From Thermostichus sp. DRC_bins_24 (GTDB lineage: Bacteria; Cyanobacteriota; Cyanobacteriia; Thermostichales; Thermostichaceae): a stretch of DNA of 32,569 bases. The DNA lies in NCBI GenBank assembly GCA_039794845.1, contig JAUQVK010000026.1:1-32569 (forward strand). The letters run 5' to 3'. The position numbers were made by a program, and so were the translations under genes. The notes under the pieces were generated by a model. That model searched no databases. It was not told the origin of the DNA and worked only from the letters and a program-made list of their open reading frames with translations. Positions 23,512 to 32,569 of the stretch are shown here, one piece after another (the stretch's first letter is position 1; every line of letters starts with the position of its first letter).

Positions 23512-24723
23512 TTAAGCAGAATGCTTGACCGATAGGTATGTCTGAATCGTTTGCAGAAGCTCCTCCTTTTGTATGGGTTTGTTCATGAAATGGGTGGATC
23601 CCACCAGTTTGGCCCGCATTCGGTCGATAATGCCATCGTTACCGGTGAGGATGATGATCGGGGTTTCTCGGAAGCGCGGTACTTTGCGCAGTTGGGTGCA
23701 AATTTCGTAGCCATTGCTGGAGGGCATCACCAAATCCAAAAAGATCAGATCCGGTGGTTGGCTCAACACTTGAGCGATGGCTCGCAAGGGATCCTGAATA
23801 CCCAGAAAACGGTACCCTTCGGGGATGAGGATGCGCTTGATCGTTTCACAGACAATTTCGCTGTCGTCAATACAGGCGATAAGGGGTTTCGTGGCCAAGT
23901 CCTCGCCGGGGGGATCCTCAACCCATGGGGATTGCACCTCGGGTACCGGTTGCATGGAGACAATGCCCTGACGCAACAATGGCATCAACAACCGTCCGAT
24001 TTCAGCGGGCTTTTTGCCGAGTGTGACAGCCAGTTCGCGCAAGGTTTGTTGGCTCTGGAAAATCTTTTGCCATTGGACAAAGATGGGCTTCGACACCTGC
24101 CTTTCCAAGACTTCCGGCAAATCTAGGTGTGGCCTTTGATCCAAATAGGCCGGTTTTAAGCTGAGGGTTTGCCAAAGAGCCAATTCGCTGTGGATGCCAT
24201 CCAACAACTCCGAGATACTGAGAATGGTTAGACGTGGAGTCAGGGATCCCGTTTGGTTTAGGTGAAACTGCAGATGGTTGGCACGGGCAATATCAAACAA
24301 GACTTCTGTGCAAAGGTTACGGATGACCGTTTGGGTTTGTTCTCGATTGAGGATCCCTCGCTTAGCCAGCAAACAGATGAATTGATAATGAGGGCAAGAG
24401 GCACCTTCTGGGAATAACTCCCTTAGCATTTCAATCGAAACACTTTCCAGTTCTTGCTCTAGGGAAGGACAAAACCGCTTCAGATGGTGTTGCCAGCGAC
24501 GAACGGAGTGATGCCCTCCAGCCGCGTACAGGATGCGACCAAGATACAGGTAGAGTGTCCAAACTTGGTCGGGAGACTCAATAGTGAGGATGCCAGAGAG
24601 TTGTTCCTGCTTGATTTTCAGCAGCTCTTTCACCATATCGTCGCCACTTAGCCCTTCCTTGGTCGGTTGCTCTGGGGAAGTCAGAAGGGGTCGATGCTCG
24701 TCTGCCATGACTAAGGTTTTCAT
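23512..24723 (-). CDS. PatA-family response regulator (PATAN/DUF4388 + REC; PixG/PilG type)
   Basis: SGILTI..W.LYLYLGRILYA.G N-terminal PATAN region; C-terminal IACIDDS, PDLIFLDLVMP, GIIDRMRAKLVG. Confidence 0.92.
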   Translation of the reverse strand: MKTLVMADEHRPLLTSPEQPTKEGLSGDDMVKELLKIKQEQLSGILTIESPDQVWTLYLYLGRILYAAGGHHSVRRWQHHLKRFCPSLEQELESVSIEMLRELFPEGASCPHYQFICLLAKRGILNREQTQTVIRNLCTEVLFDIARANHLQFHLNQTGSLTPRLTILSISELLDGIHSELALWQTLSLKPAYLDQRPHLDLPEVLERQVSKPIFVQWQKIFQSQQTLRELAVTLGKKPAEIGRLLMPLLRQGIVSMQPVPEVQSPWVEDPPGEDLATKPLIACIDDSEIVCETIKRILIPEGYRFLGIQDPLRAIAQVLSQPPDLIFLDLVMPSSNGYEICTQLRKVPRFRETPIIILTGNDGIIDRMRAKLVGSTHFMNKPIQKEELLQTIQTYLSVKHSA

Positions 24724-25156
24724 AAATAAGCGATAAGGTTGTGAAATGGGCTGTAGCTGTAGAGCGCAAACCTTACATCGGTGCCCATTCGCAGATGTGC
24801 AGTAGGCACCCTCAAACCGTCGGTTTCCGTGTCGAGTCGCCGACGCTTCAGTTGTGATTTATACTGTTGCCTCAACGCTTCAATTCTAGAGAAAACCTGG
24901 GAAAATGAAAGACTAATTGTGATGAATTCTTGACAATTCTCTTGCTTGGTATTGTTTCTTCAACGAGGTTCAGTGTATTTTCGTAGATGCTAACCCCTAT
25001 TTCTGAAAGTTTCTGCCCTGCTCTGGATTTTCTCGCAACCGCTGCTGGACAAGGGACAGAGGTTTGTGGGACGCCTCGCACAACAACCTGCCGGAGCAAC
25101 GGCTCCGTCCTGCGGGGTGTAACGCTGGACTAGTTTGTACTGGGAATTCCCAGATA

Positions 25157-25283
25157 TAGTCATTGCAATTGAGGCTGAAGCAGATCCCTCACCCCCTTCG
25201 CGCAGCGTGGCACCGGCCGTAGCCCCTCTTCTAGAGCGGGAAAGGGGAGCCAAAAAGTGTATCGTTTTTATTTGGAGTGACCA
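25157..25283. repeat. MITE-like/dispersed repeat family B, copy 1
   Basis: Imperfect TIRs TAGTCATTGCAATT ... ATTTGGAGTGACCA with an internal CCCCTCT..AGGGG hairpin. The left half matches 30933-30994 and the right half matches 26672-26733. Confidence 0.65.
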
Positions 25284-25814
25284 CAGTTGAAGTGGTTTCT
25301 ATCTCAAACCTAAGGCAAACTTGGAGCTTTGGGAGTGAATAACCTAGGCTTAGCCGTACCAGATTGACCGCACAAACAAAGGCTTTTCCCCGGACAAAGG
25401 TTGGAAAAGACCGTATCGGTGTTATTCAACTATTCAACCAAAGTGTATTCCCCTCAGTTCCCCGCCCGCACTAACCAATGATCGGGTTTAGAAATCAATA
25501 TTCGGATCCACAGATCTCGGCGAGCAGATTGTGCAGCAAAGTCCTTACCGCCCTTGCTGCTGTGTGCATCCTTGCCAGTTGGCGCCAGGACGTGTTTGTG
25601 TCTCTTTTGCCAGCCCAGATCATCTCCTAAGTGACCACTTACCGTAGTCTGGGATTTAGGACCGGTCAGCCATTGAGTCTGAGGCAGGGTGAGCGAACGG
25701 TACCGTCTAACCTTGATGCTCTAACCTTGATGCGTGTCATCAACCACTGCCACGAAGCTAACCTGCAAAGTTTGGATCCAGCCCTCTTGCTCCTATCTCC
25801 TGAAGATTCTCGGT

Positions 25815-26309
25815 CTAGGCCACTTGAGTCTTCGCTAACATTTGGCTCAGGATCCGCTGGACAATTTGGAAGCCAGTTATCGCTTGCCAACCCAAAATTC
25901 CTAAAATCACCACATTCAGAGTAACGTGCAAATTACGTGCCCATAACTTGTCAGCATCCTTCATCAAGGGTACCAAAGCCGCTGAACAAGCGACCAAAGC
26001 CACTATCCCTAATCCCGCCAGCAAATGAGGGCCAACAAACAATTTGCCATTGTTCAAGTAGGTTACGGCCATGCCACCGATTGCACCGAAAACCATCAAT
26101 AGCATGAACAAGGATCCCATCAAAAAGTGACGTTGCCCAAATTTACCTTTAACTAACTGTTTGCGGACTTCCGGTTCAGCACTGCGAATCCGGCGGGCTT
26201 GGATCCCTAGGTACAAGGCGTAAAGAGCTAGACCGAAAGCAAGAATCATCAACACGGGATGGAAAAAAGGCAGGGACAATTCCAGCCAATGGGGTAATGG
26301 GTAAGCCAT
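25815..26309 (-). CDS. DUF4079-family membrane protein
   Basis: FFHPVLM, QRHFLMGS, GKLFVGPHLLAG, RNLHVTLN: four TM helices with conserved His residues. Confidence 0.85.
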   Translation of the reverse strand: MAYPLPHWLELSLPFFHPVLMILAFGLALYALYLGIQARRIRSAEPEVRKQLVKGKFGQRHFLMGSLFMLLMVFGAIGGMAVTYLNNGKLFVGPHLLAGLGIVALVACSAALVPLMKDADKLWARNLHVTLNVVILGILGWQAITGFQIVQRILSQMLAKTQVA

Positions 26310-26623
26310 AGGACGTGTGCAATGGAGGGTTGGCTTTAACGTAACATAAATTCAAACTTACTGGTCAGACTTGCTGGGCCTATCACCCCGAGCAAACCTG
26401 AGGAAGCCGGGGATCCCTGCCAAGAGTGTGGGTTTTGGGTGGATGAGATTTTGTAAAATCGCGGTCACCGACGACGACGAGCCAAATGAGGCCGAATGAT
26501 GAGCATGGCGCCTGGAAGACCGGCTCGGATCCCAACGCCGGCAAGTATTTTCAAGGCAGTCCTGCACAGGACGGGTAGACAGCTCTGGGATAGTCGGTTG
26601 GATCCCCTGGACAGTACACCCTA

Positions 26624-26733
26624 TGGTTATTCCAGATTAGTAAAGAGATGTTTAAACCCCTCTCCCGCTCTGGGAGAGGGGAGTCGGAACGTGTATCGTT
26701 CTTATTTGGACTTAGACTTATTTGGAGTGACTG
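26624..26733. repeat. Dispersed repeat family B, copy 2 (diverged)
   Basis: CCCCTCTCCC-GCTCT-GGGAGAGGGG hairpin followed by GTGTATCGTTCTTATTTGGA...GGAGTGAC, as in 25240-25283. Confidence 0.6.
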
Positions 26734-26755
26734 TGGTTCTGATGGCTGTTGATAA

Positions 26756-27823
26756 CTAGGGAATGGCTACCGAGATGCGGCGGTTTTGCAGAAAGGATCC
26801 CCGCAGTTGTCCACAGGCGGCATTGCCATCCAAGCCCCGGGTTTGGCGCACACTGGCCTGCACATGGTGCTGTTCGAGCTGTTTGACAAACTCCTCAACT
26901 CGTGTTGGGCGAGGGCGTTGGTAGTCGGCCTCAGAGATAGGGTTGTAAGGGATCAGGTTCACGTGCAGTTGCACTCCTGACCGGCTGGCCGAACGCAACA
27001 ATTCCGCCAATTGCCGGGCATGAATGGGCAAATCGTTTACCCCCCCCAGCAGCGTGTATTCAAAGCTAACGCGCCTGCCGCTCTTGAGCATGTAGTCTCG
27101 GCAATCCTGAATTAAAGACTCCAGTGGATAGTGGGTGGCAGACGGGATCAACTGTTGCCGCAGATCTTGATTGGGAGCATGCAGGCTAACGGCCAAGGTG
27201 ATTTGTAGATCCTGCTGCGCCAACCAGGGAATTTGCCGGGGCACTCCCACCGTGGAAAGGGTGATATGCCGCTGGCTGATGCCGATATCTGTGTTCATGC
27301 TGCGAATGGCGGCCACCACCGTATCGCGGTTGAGCAGCGGTTCTCCCATGCCCATGAACACAATGTGACTGACGCGGCGGCCAAAATCCTCCTGAACAGT
27401 CAACACTTGGTCGAGAATTTCGTGCAGTTCCAGGTTACGACGGTAGCCCATTTTGCCGGTGGCACAGAAATCACAGGCCATGGGGCAGCCCACCTGAGAA
27501 GACACACAGACCGTCAGGCGTTTGCTAGTCGGGATCCCAACTGTTTCGATCAACTGACCATCCGCCAGCCCCAGCAGAAACTTGACCGTGCCATCTCTGG
27601 CCTCAGTCCGCTGCACAATCTGTGAGCGCCCCACCGGGTAGTCCTGCAGTTCTTGTCGCCAAGCTTTGGGAAACACCGTTACCTGTTCTAGGGAGCGGAT
27701 CCCTTTTTGGTAGATCCAATTGTGCAGTTGTTGCCCGCGGTAGGTTGGTTGCCCCTGAGCTACAGCCCACTCTTTGAGAGCCGATAAGGATTGCCCGAGT
27801 AGGGGAATAGACGGGGCCAACAT
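26756..27823 (-). CDS. rlmN: Dual-specificity 23S rRNA/tRNA m2A methyltransferase (radical SAM)
   Basis: [44 protein letters not shown]. Confidence 0.97.
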   Translation of the reverse strand: MLAPSIPLLGQSLSALKEWAVAQGQPTYRGQQLHNWIYQKGIRSLEQVTVFPKAWRQELQDYPVGRSQIVQRTEARDGTVKFLLGLADGQLIETVGIPTSKRLTVCVSSQVGCPMACDFCATGKMGYRRNLELHEILDQVLTVQEDFGRRVSHIVFMGMGEPLLNRDTVVAAIRSMNTDIGISQRHITLSTVGVPRQIPWLAQQDLQITLAVSLHAPNQDLRQQLIPSATHYPLESLIQDCRDYMLKSGRRVSFEYTLLGGVNDLPIHARQLAELLRSASRSGVQLHVNLIPYNPISEADYQRPRPTRVEEFVKQLEQHHVQASVRQTRGLDGNAACGQLRGSFLQNRRISVAIP

Positions 27824-27908
27824 TGATTCAGAAACGATGGGCTTAGCTTCTCTACTCTAGCTCGGCTCTCTTGTGGTGGAGTCAGTTTATTCAATACAGT
27901 TCATTCAA

Positions 27909-28065
27909 TACAGCCCTTGCGCGGGTGTTCTACAGCAGGGATTGTGATTCCTGTTCTTGCTCCGCGAGGTGCGGAGCACTAGCCCTGGGGAGTGGATCTC
28001 AACTTCCACGGTTGTTACAGGTGACTAGCGGTCACGCCGGTGGGCCCTGGGCGTAAAGGGCTGTA
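27909..28065. mobile_element. MITE family A, copy 2
   Basis: TACAGCCCTTGCGC ... GCGTAAAGGGCTGTA, lying in the divergent rlmN/glgP intergenic region. Confidence 0.85.
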
Positions 28066-28293
28066 CTCTTAAGGGCCTTACCCTGTCAGGGGTTGATATC
28101 AAGGTCCTCGTAATGGTGCCACTATACAAAACAAATACCCGATAAATACCCGAGGTGACCCAGGCTCTAGGTCGCAAGGCCCTTCGTAAAGTCGGAAAAG
28201 GCTGTATGACAAATCAGCATTCAAGCTAAAAAGCTCGGGGATTTGACGGAGGCCAAGGTAGCTTGGCAGTGGCAACGCTCTTCCCGGATTCCT

Positions 28294-30894
28294 ATGAAGC
28301 CGTTACGCACGTTTAAGGTCACCCCCTACCTGCCCGCTGCCCTGGAAAGTCTGCGTTTTTTGGCCTACAACCTCCATTTCAGCTGGAATGTCGAAACCCG
28401 CAATTTGTTTCGTCGCATGGATCCCGATCTTTGGGATGCCTGTGCCCACAACCCGATTGCCCTTCTAGGCCAAATCCGGCAGGAACGGCTGGATGAATTG
28501 GCGGAGGATCCCGGCTTTTTGGCCCAACTGGAACGAGCTCATCAACAGCTCCACACCTATCTCAAAGGAGACACCTGGTACCGCAAACATCGCTCCACCC
28601 AAGCCGTAGAAGGGGAGTGCTACGCCTATTTCTCCGCCGAGTTTGGTTTGGCGGATTGCCTGCCCATCTACTCCGGAGGTCTAGGGGTTTTGGCGGGGGA
28701 TCACCTGAAAGCCGCCAGCGACCTGGGCTTGCCCTTGGTAGGGGTGGGTCTACTCTACCAGAAGGGGTATTTTCGCCAGTACTTAAACCCCGATGGTTGG
28801 CAGCAGGAGTGCTACCCGATCAACGAGTTTTTCAACATGCCCTTGGAGTTGCAAAAAGATGCCGAGGGTCGGGAGATCCGTATTGAAGTGGATTATCCCA
28901 ACCGCAAGGTGTTCGCCCGCATCTGGAAAGTGAACGTGGGACGGGTGCCCCTTTACCTTTTGGATACCAACATCGAGCCCAACAACCAGTACGACCAAGA
29001 CATTACTGATGAACTGTACGGCGGCGATCAGGATCTGCGCATTCACCAGGAAATCATGCTGGGGGTGGGCGGGGTGCGAGCGCTGCGGGCCCTCGGGATC
29101 CGGCCCACCGTTTACCACATGAACGAAGGGCACTCGGCCTTCCTGGCGGTGGAACGAATTCGTCTTTTCATGGCTGAGCAGGGGCTGAGCTTTGAAGAAG
29201 CCTGGCAGGTGGCCAAATCTAGCCAAATGTTCACTACCCACACGCCGGTACCCGCCGGGATCGACCTGTTTCCCCCGGACAAAATTGACTACTACCTCGG
29301 CGCCTACTACAGCCAACTCGGCCTGACTCGGGAGCGATTTCTGGCCTTGGGCCGTGAAAACACCGGCGATTTTCAGTCGCCGTTCAGCATGGCGGTACTG
29401 GCCATCAACATGGCTTCTTTCGTCAACGGGGTGAGCAAGCTCCACGGGGCGGTCTCCCGTAAGATGTTCAGTCAGTTGTGGATGGGGATCCCTTTGGAGG
29501 AAGTGCCAATCACCTCTATCACCAATGGGGTGCATGCCCGCACCTGGGTGGGAGAAGAGAACCAAGCCCTCTACGATCGCTACCTAGGGCCCGATTGGCC
29601 GGAAGCCCCTCCCTCTGACCGGCTCTGGCAGAAGGTGGATCGGATCCCGGATAGCGAACTGTGGCGTACCCACGAGCGGAGCCGCTCCCGCCTGGTCAGC
29701 TTTACCCGCGAGCGTCTGATGGCGCAGCTACACAAACGGGCGGCCTCGACCATCGAAATTCAGCGAGCCTCCGAAGCCCTCAATCCCGAGGTGCTCACGG
29801 TTGGGTTTGCCCGACGCTTTGCCACCTACAAACGCGCCACCCTTCTGTTCCGGGATCCCGAACGCTTCAAAGCCCTGGTGACCAACTCAAAGTACCCGAT
29901 GCAGTTCATCTTCGCGGGTAAGGCCCACCCCCGCGATACTCCGGGCAAGGAGCTGATTCGGCAGATTGTGCAGTTGTCCCGCCAGCCGGAGCTCCGCCCT
30001 CACCTGGTTTTTATCGAAGACTACGACATGCACGTCACCGCCATGATGGTGGCCGGTGTGGATGTCTGGCTGAACACTCCGCTGCGCCCGCGTGAGGCCA
30101 GTGGCACCAGCGGTATGAAGGCAGCCATGAATGGTGGACAGAACTTGAGCATCTTGGATGGATGGTGGGATGAGGCCGACTACTACCAAACCGGCTGGCC
30201 CATCGGTCGCGGCGAGGAATACGAGGATCGGGCCTACCAAGACGAGGTGGAGTCGAACGCCCTTTACGATTTGCTGGAAAAAGAAGTGGCCCCCACGTTT
30301 TATCAACGCACCAGCGATGGTCTACCCCACCAATGGATCCAGCGCATGAAGCAGTCGATTCGCCTCAATGCCCCTCTTTTCAGCACCCAGCGCATGGTGC
30401 AAGAATACGCCGAGCGGGCCTATATCCCCCTGAGTGACTACTACGCCCGTATGCGCACCGATGATTTTGAATCTGCCCGACGCTTCACCCGTTGGCAAAA
30501 CCATGTGCAGGAGAATTGGTACGGCATTCAGGTGCTGAGTGTCCACGTTGAAACTCAGCCCCTGTCCCCAGTCCCTACTGTCCCCACTGAGCAGGATGGT
30601 AGCACCGTGATGGCCCGAGACCCCCTGACCGTGACCGCTGAGCTCCGCCTGGGATCCCTGCAGCCGCAGGATGTGATTTTGCAAGCCTACCAGGGGCCAG
30701 TGGACGATACCGGCCATATTCAGCAGGGGCGCGCCACTCCGATGCACTACGTGGAGATGGCGGGGGATCGAGCGGTCTTCTCAGGGCAAATTAGCTATGC
30801 GGCCAGTGGCCTTCAGGGGTTGGCACTGCGGGTGATCCCCTTCCACCCCGATATGCACGATCCCTACGAGTTGCGGCTGATGCTCTGGGCCTAG
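28294..30894 (+). CDS. glgP: Alpha-glucan (glycogen) phosphorylase
   Basis: YFSAEFG, YSGGLGVLAGDH, NEGH, FARRFATYKR, PLP site EASGTSGMK. Start is probably ATG 28294. Confidence 0.95.
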   Translation: MKPLRTFKVTPYLPAALESLRFLAYNLHFSWNVETRNLFRRMDPDLWDACAHNPIALLGQIRQERLDELAEDPGFLAQLERAHQQLHTYLKGDTWYRKHRSTQAVEGECYAYFSAEFGLADCLPIYSGGLGVLAGDHLKAASDLGLPLVGVGLLYQKGYFRQYLNPDGWQQECYPINEFFNMPLELQKDAEGREIRIEVDYPNRKVFARIWKVNVGRVPLYLLDTNIEPNNQYDQDITDELYGGDQDLRIHQEIMLGVGGVRALRALGIRPTVYHMNEGHSAFLAVERIRLFMAEQGLSFEEAWQVAKSSQMFTTHTPVPAGIDLFPPDKIDYYLGAYYSQLGLTRERFLALGRENTGDFQSPFSMAVLAINMASFVNGVSKLHGAVSRKMFSQLWMGIPLEEVPITSITNGVHARTWVGEENQALYDRYLGPDWPEAPPSDRLWQKVDRIPDSELWRTHERSRSRLVSFTRERLMAQLHKRAASTIEIQRASEALNPEVLTVGFARRFATYKRATLLFRDPERFKALVTNSKYPMQFIFAGKAHPRDTPGKELIRQIVQLSRQPELRPHLVFIEDYDMHVTAMMVAGVDVWLNTPLRPREASGTSGMKAAMNGGQNLSILDGWWDEADYYQTGWPIGRGEEYEDRAYQDEVESNALYDLLEKEVAPTFYQRTSDGLPHQWIQRMKQSIRLNAPLFSTQRMVQEYAERAYIPLSDYYARMRTDDFESARRFTRWQNHVQENWYGIQVLSVHVETQPLSPVPTVPTEQDGSTVMARDPLTVTAELRLGSLQPQDVILQAYQGPVDDTGHIQQGRATPMHYVEMAGDRAVFSGQISYAASGLQGLALRVIPFHPDMHDPYELRLMLWA

Positions 30895-30932
30895 AACCTT
30901 GGTAGGGATCCCCGTATAGAGGAGAGGGTACA

Positions 30933-30994
30933 CAGTCATTGCCATTAAAGCTGAAACAGCTCCCTCCCCCCCTTCACAGCGTGGCACCGGCCGT
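30933..30994. repeat. Dispersed repeat family B, copy 3 (left half only)
   Basis: CAGTCATTGCCATTAAAGCTGAAACAGCTCCCTC...CAGCGTGGCACCGGCCGT aligns with 25157-25220. Confidence 0.7.
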
Positions 30995-31070
30995 GGAGAA
31001 GTGAGGATGGAGAAGTGAGGAGTGAGGGGGAGGATTCATTACTCACTTCTCGTTTCTCGTTTCTCTTTCC
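30995..31070. repeat. STRR-like heptamer arrays in inverted orientation
   Basis: GAGAAGT/GAGGATG/GAGAAGT/GAGGAGT, followed by CTCACTT/CTCGTTT/CTCGTTT/CTCTTTC. Confidence 0.6.
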
Positions 31071-31091
31071 TACATCGCATCTCTATATCGC

Positions 31092-31347
31092 TTTTATGGG
31101 GGGACAGGACTGAAGCAGAGGGTGTAGGCTCAGCCTTAGGACCGGGAGGCAGGGTGGGAGACGACCATGTATCGCGTGACACTTGATGTCCACCAACATA
31201 TCGACTCGCCCCACCCTGTGCTTCTCTCGATAACAAATCCTCAGAGGACGGTGCGACTACACCTTCCATCATCTTTCTTCCATAATCTTTTCGCCTGAGC
31301 AGAAGCAGTCCCGGTTGCATCACCAACTGTAGTTCGAGAATAACATC
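31092..31347 (+). ncRNA. IS110 left non-coding end, candidate bridge RNA
   Basis: Nested stems: 31107-31112/31306-31311, 31118-31127/31257-31266, 31150-31158/31210-31218, 31158-31164/31201-31207, with an internal loop and apical hairpin. Lies directly upstream of an IS110 recombinase start. Confidence 0.55.
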
Positions 31348-31600
31348 ATGAATCAGAACGTGTACGCTGCCTACATTGGGTATTGATTGGTCTGACCGCA
31401 AACACGACAGTTATCTTGACGATTGCACCACAGGTGAAATAGGAGAGTCTGTCGTTGGTACATAACCGGATGCCCTTGCTGCTTGGGTCAAGGGATGACG
31501 AGAGCGATACGGCAATGCTTTGTTGGCAGTGTGCTTAGAACAGAAGCGTGGCCCACTGATTTATGCGCTCTGCCAGTATGAAAACTTGGTGCTTTATCCC
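31348..31600 (+). pseudogene. IS110-family DEDD (RuvC-fold) recombinase, N-terminal fragment
   Basis: MNQNVYAAYIG, +1 frameshift at about 31380, then IDWSDRKHD...AVCLEQKRGPLIYALCQYENLVLYP. Two in-frame stops; truncated at 31600. Confidence 0.8.
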
Positions 31601-31614
31601 TGAAGGGGTGACAA

Positions 31615-32497
31615 TCACAGGTAGGATGCTTGTAGGATCAGCCTCATAGCCCTCTGACCTCTCTGGTAATGCTTTGTTTTGTTGCGTCTGAGTCGCATTA
31701 GCTCCTCGACTTCTGACCCGTCAACTCCCTATGAATTGACCCATAGCTGACCATATAAGCCAACATAAAAACGGCTGTGTCGACGTTCTCTGGGCTTTGG
31801 CTCCTGGATTTTACCCACATACTGCTGCAGACCTTTGTGCTTGATGACTGCTCCTGTAAAGGTAGAGCTTGTATGGGCAATTGCAATCAGTAAGACCGTT
31901 CTGATGAACCGTTCATGGCAGACATGAGTACCTTAGGGGTAAGATGAGCGATCATGCCGCCGTCTGCTCGTCATAGTTGCTACTCCCCTGCTTGTCTGCC
32001 AGTAAACCGGAAACGCTCGACCCTCCCAGACTGACCATCAGTAAGTTGATGTATCTCCACTGAGTTCGGTCTATGACTAGATACAGGATGTCTCCTGGAT
32101 GTCTCCTGGTGAGAAGCGAGTTGCTAAACAAGCAGTCAGTACAGCCCTTGCGTGGGTTTTCTACAGCAGGGCTTGTGCTTCCTTTTCTCGCGCTCCGCGA
32201 GGTGCGGAGCACTAGTCGTCTAGAAAGTGGATCCTAACTCCCACATTGTTATACGTGACTAGCGAAAGGGTTGTAACGGAAACCAAAGGTTGCTCAGACT
32301 GAGTTTGTCCAGAGACAGCAATCTTTGTATTTTTTTCGGCGACTCTCAAAAAGAATCGGAATCGGCAAGGCTGTTGCCAGGGTTTCCAGGGTGACTCGTC
32401 TGAGGACTTGCCCAAGCTGAACCAGGAGACTGAGCAGCCAATACTCGGCTGGATTGAGTTGACGATGCAGGACTGTTTGGTAGACCGGGGGGAGCAT
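31615..32497 (-). pseudogene. IS4-family DDE transposase pseudogene
   Basis: MLPPVYQ...LPIPILFESRRKK / LYLVIDRTQW..NLLMVSL / RRHSRFYVGLYGQLW..MRLRRNK..YQRG.RAM. Contains frameshifts, a MITE insertion, an 11-bp duplication and a large central deletion near 31935. Confidence 0.82.
32140..32275. mobile_element. MITE family A, copy 3 (internal deletion), inserted in the IS4 transposase
   Basis: TACAGCCCTTGCGT ... GCGAAAGGGTTGTA. Excision leaving one TA restores the frame W-F-P-L-L-T-A. Confidence 0.88.
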
Positions 32498-32569
32498 TTT
32501 TGTTAAGGTAGGCCTTGTTGACAATGAAGGGCCTACTTTTTTTACCACAATAAGGTCAATCCCTTGTCT

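Larger units (their letters stand above)
31600..32569 (-). mobile_element. Decayed cyanobacterial IS4-family element (left end probably beyond the window)
   Basis: Putative terminal sequence CTGAAGGGGTGACA at 31600-31613, with the transposase pseudogene inside. Confidence 0.75.

Noticed and set aside
25310..25360. c-di-GMP-I riboswitch suggested by GGCAAAC
   Set aside because: Lacks the GACGCAAAGC segment and second stem, and is on the wrong strand for the patA operon.
31039..31700. Possible group II intron on the minus strand, and ORF 31039-31401
   Set aside because: No domain V/VI or RT gene. The region is better explained as an IS110 end plus recombinase on + and the IS4 transposase C-terminus on -.

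Overview
Chromosomal window from a cyanobacterium. The very dense GGGATCCC palindrome and the gene content point to a hot-spring Thermostichus/'Synechococcus OS-A/B-prime'-like organism (inference). Recognisable housekeeping genes are uvrB, murQ, chlL-por-chlN, hemL, rlmN, glgP, a large MscS channel and a hydantoin/allantoin-racemase-family gene. Two unusual signalling units are present: an ammonium transporter fused to a PP2C/SpoIIE phosphatase, and a complete PatA-CheY-CheW-MCP-CheA type IV pilus chemosensory operon whose receptor carries a membrane MHYT (putative metal/gas-sensing) domain. Non-coding features include a probable 6S-like structured RNA, two families of short TIR-bounded MITE-like repeats and STRR-like heptamers. 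The right end holds nested mobile-element debris: an IS110 remnant with an apparently intact, highly structured upstream non-coding end (candidate bridge RNA), cut by a decayed IS4-family element, which is itself interrupted by a MITE with a demonstrable TA target duplication. A decayed vapBC pair and a Uma2 remnant are also present. All protein calls come from motif recognition by eye; no database search was run.
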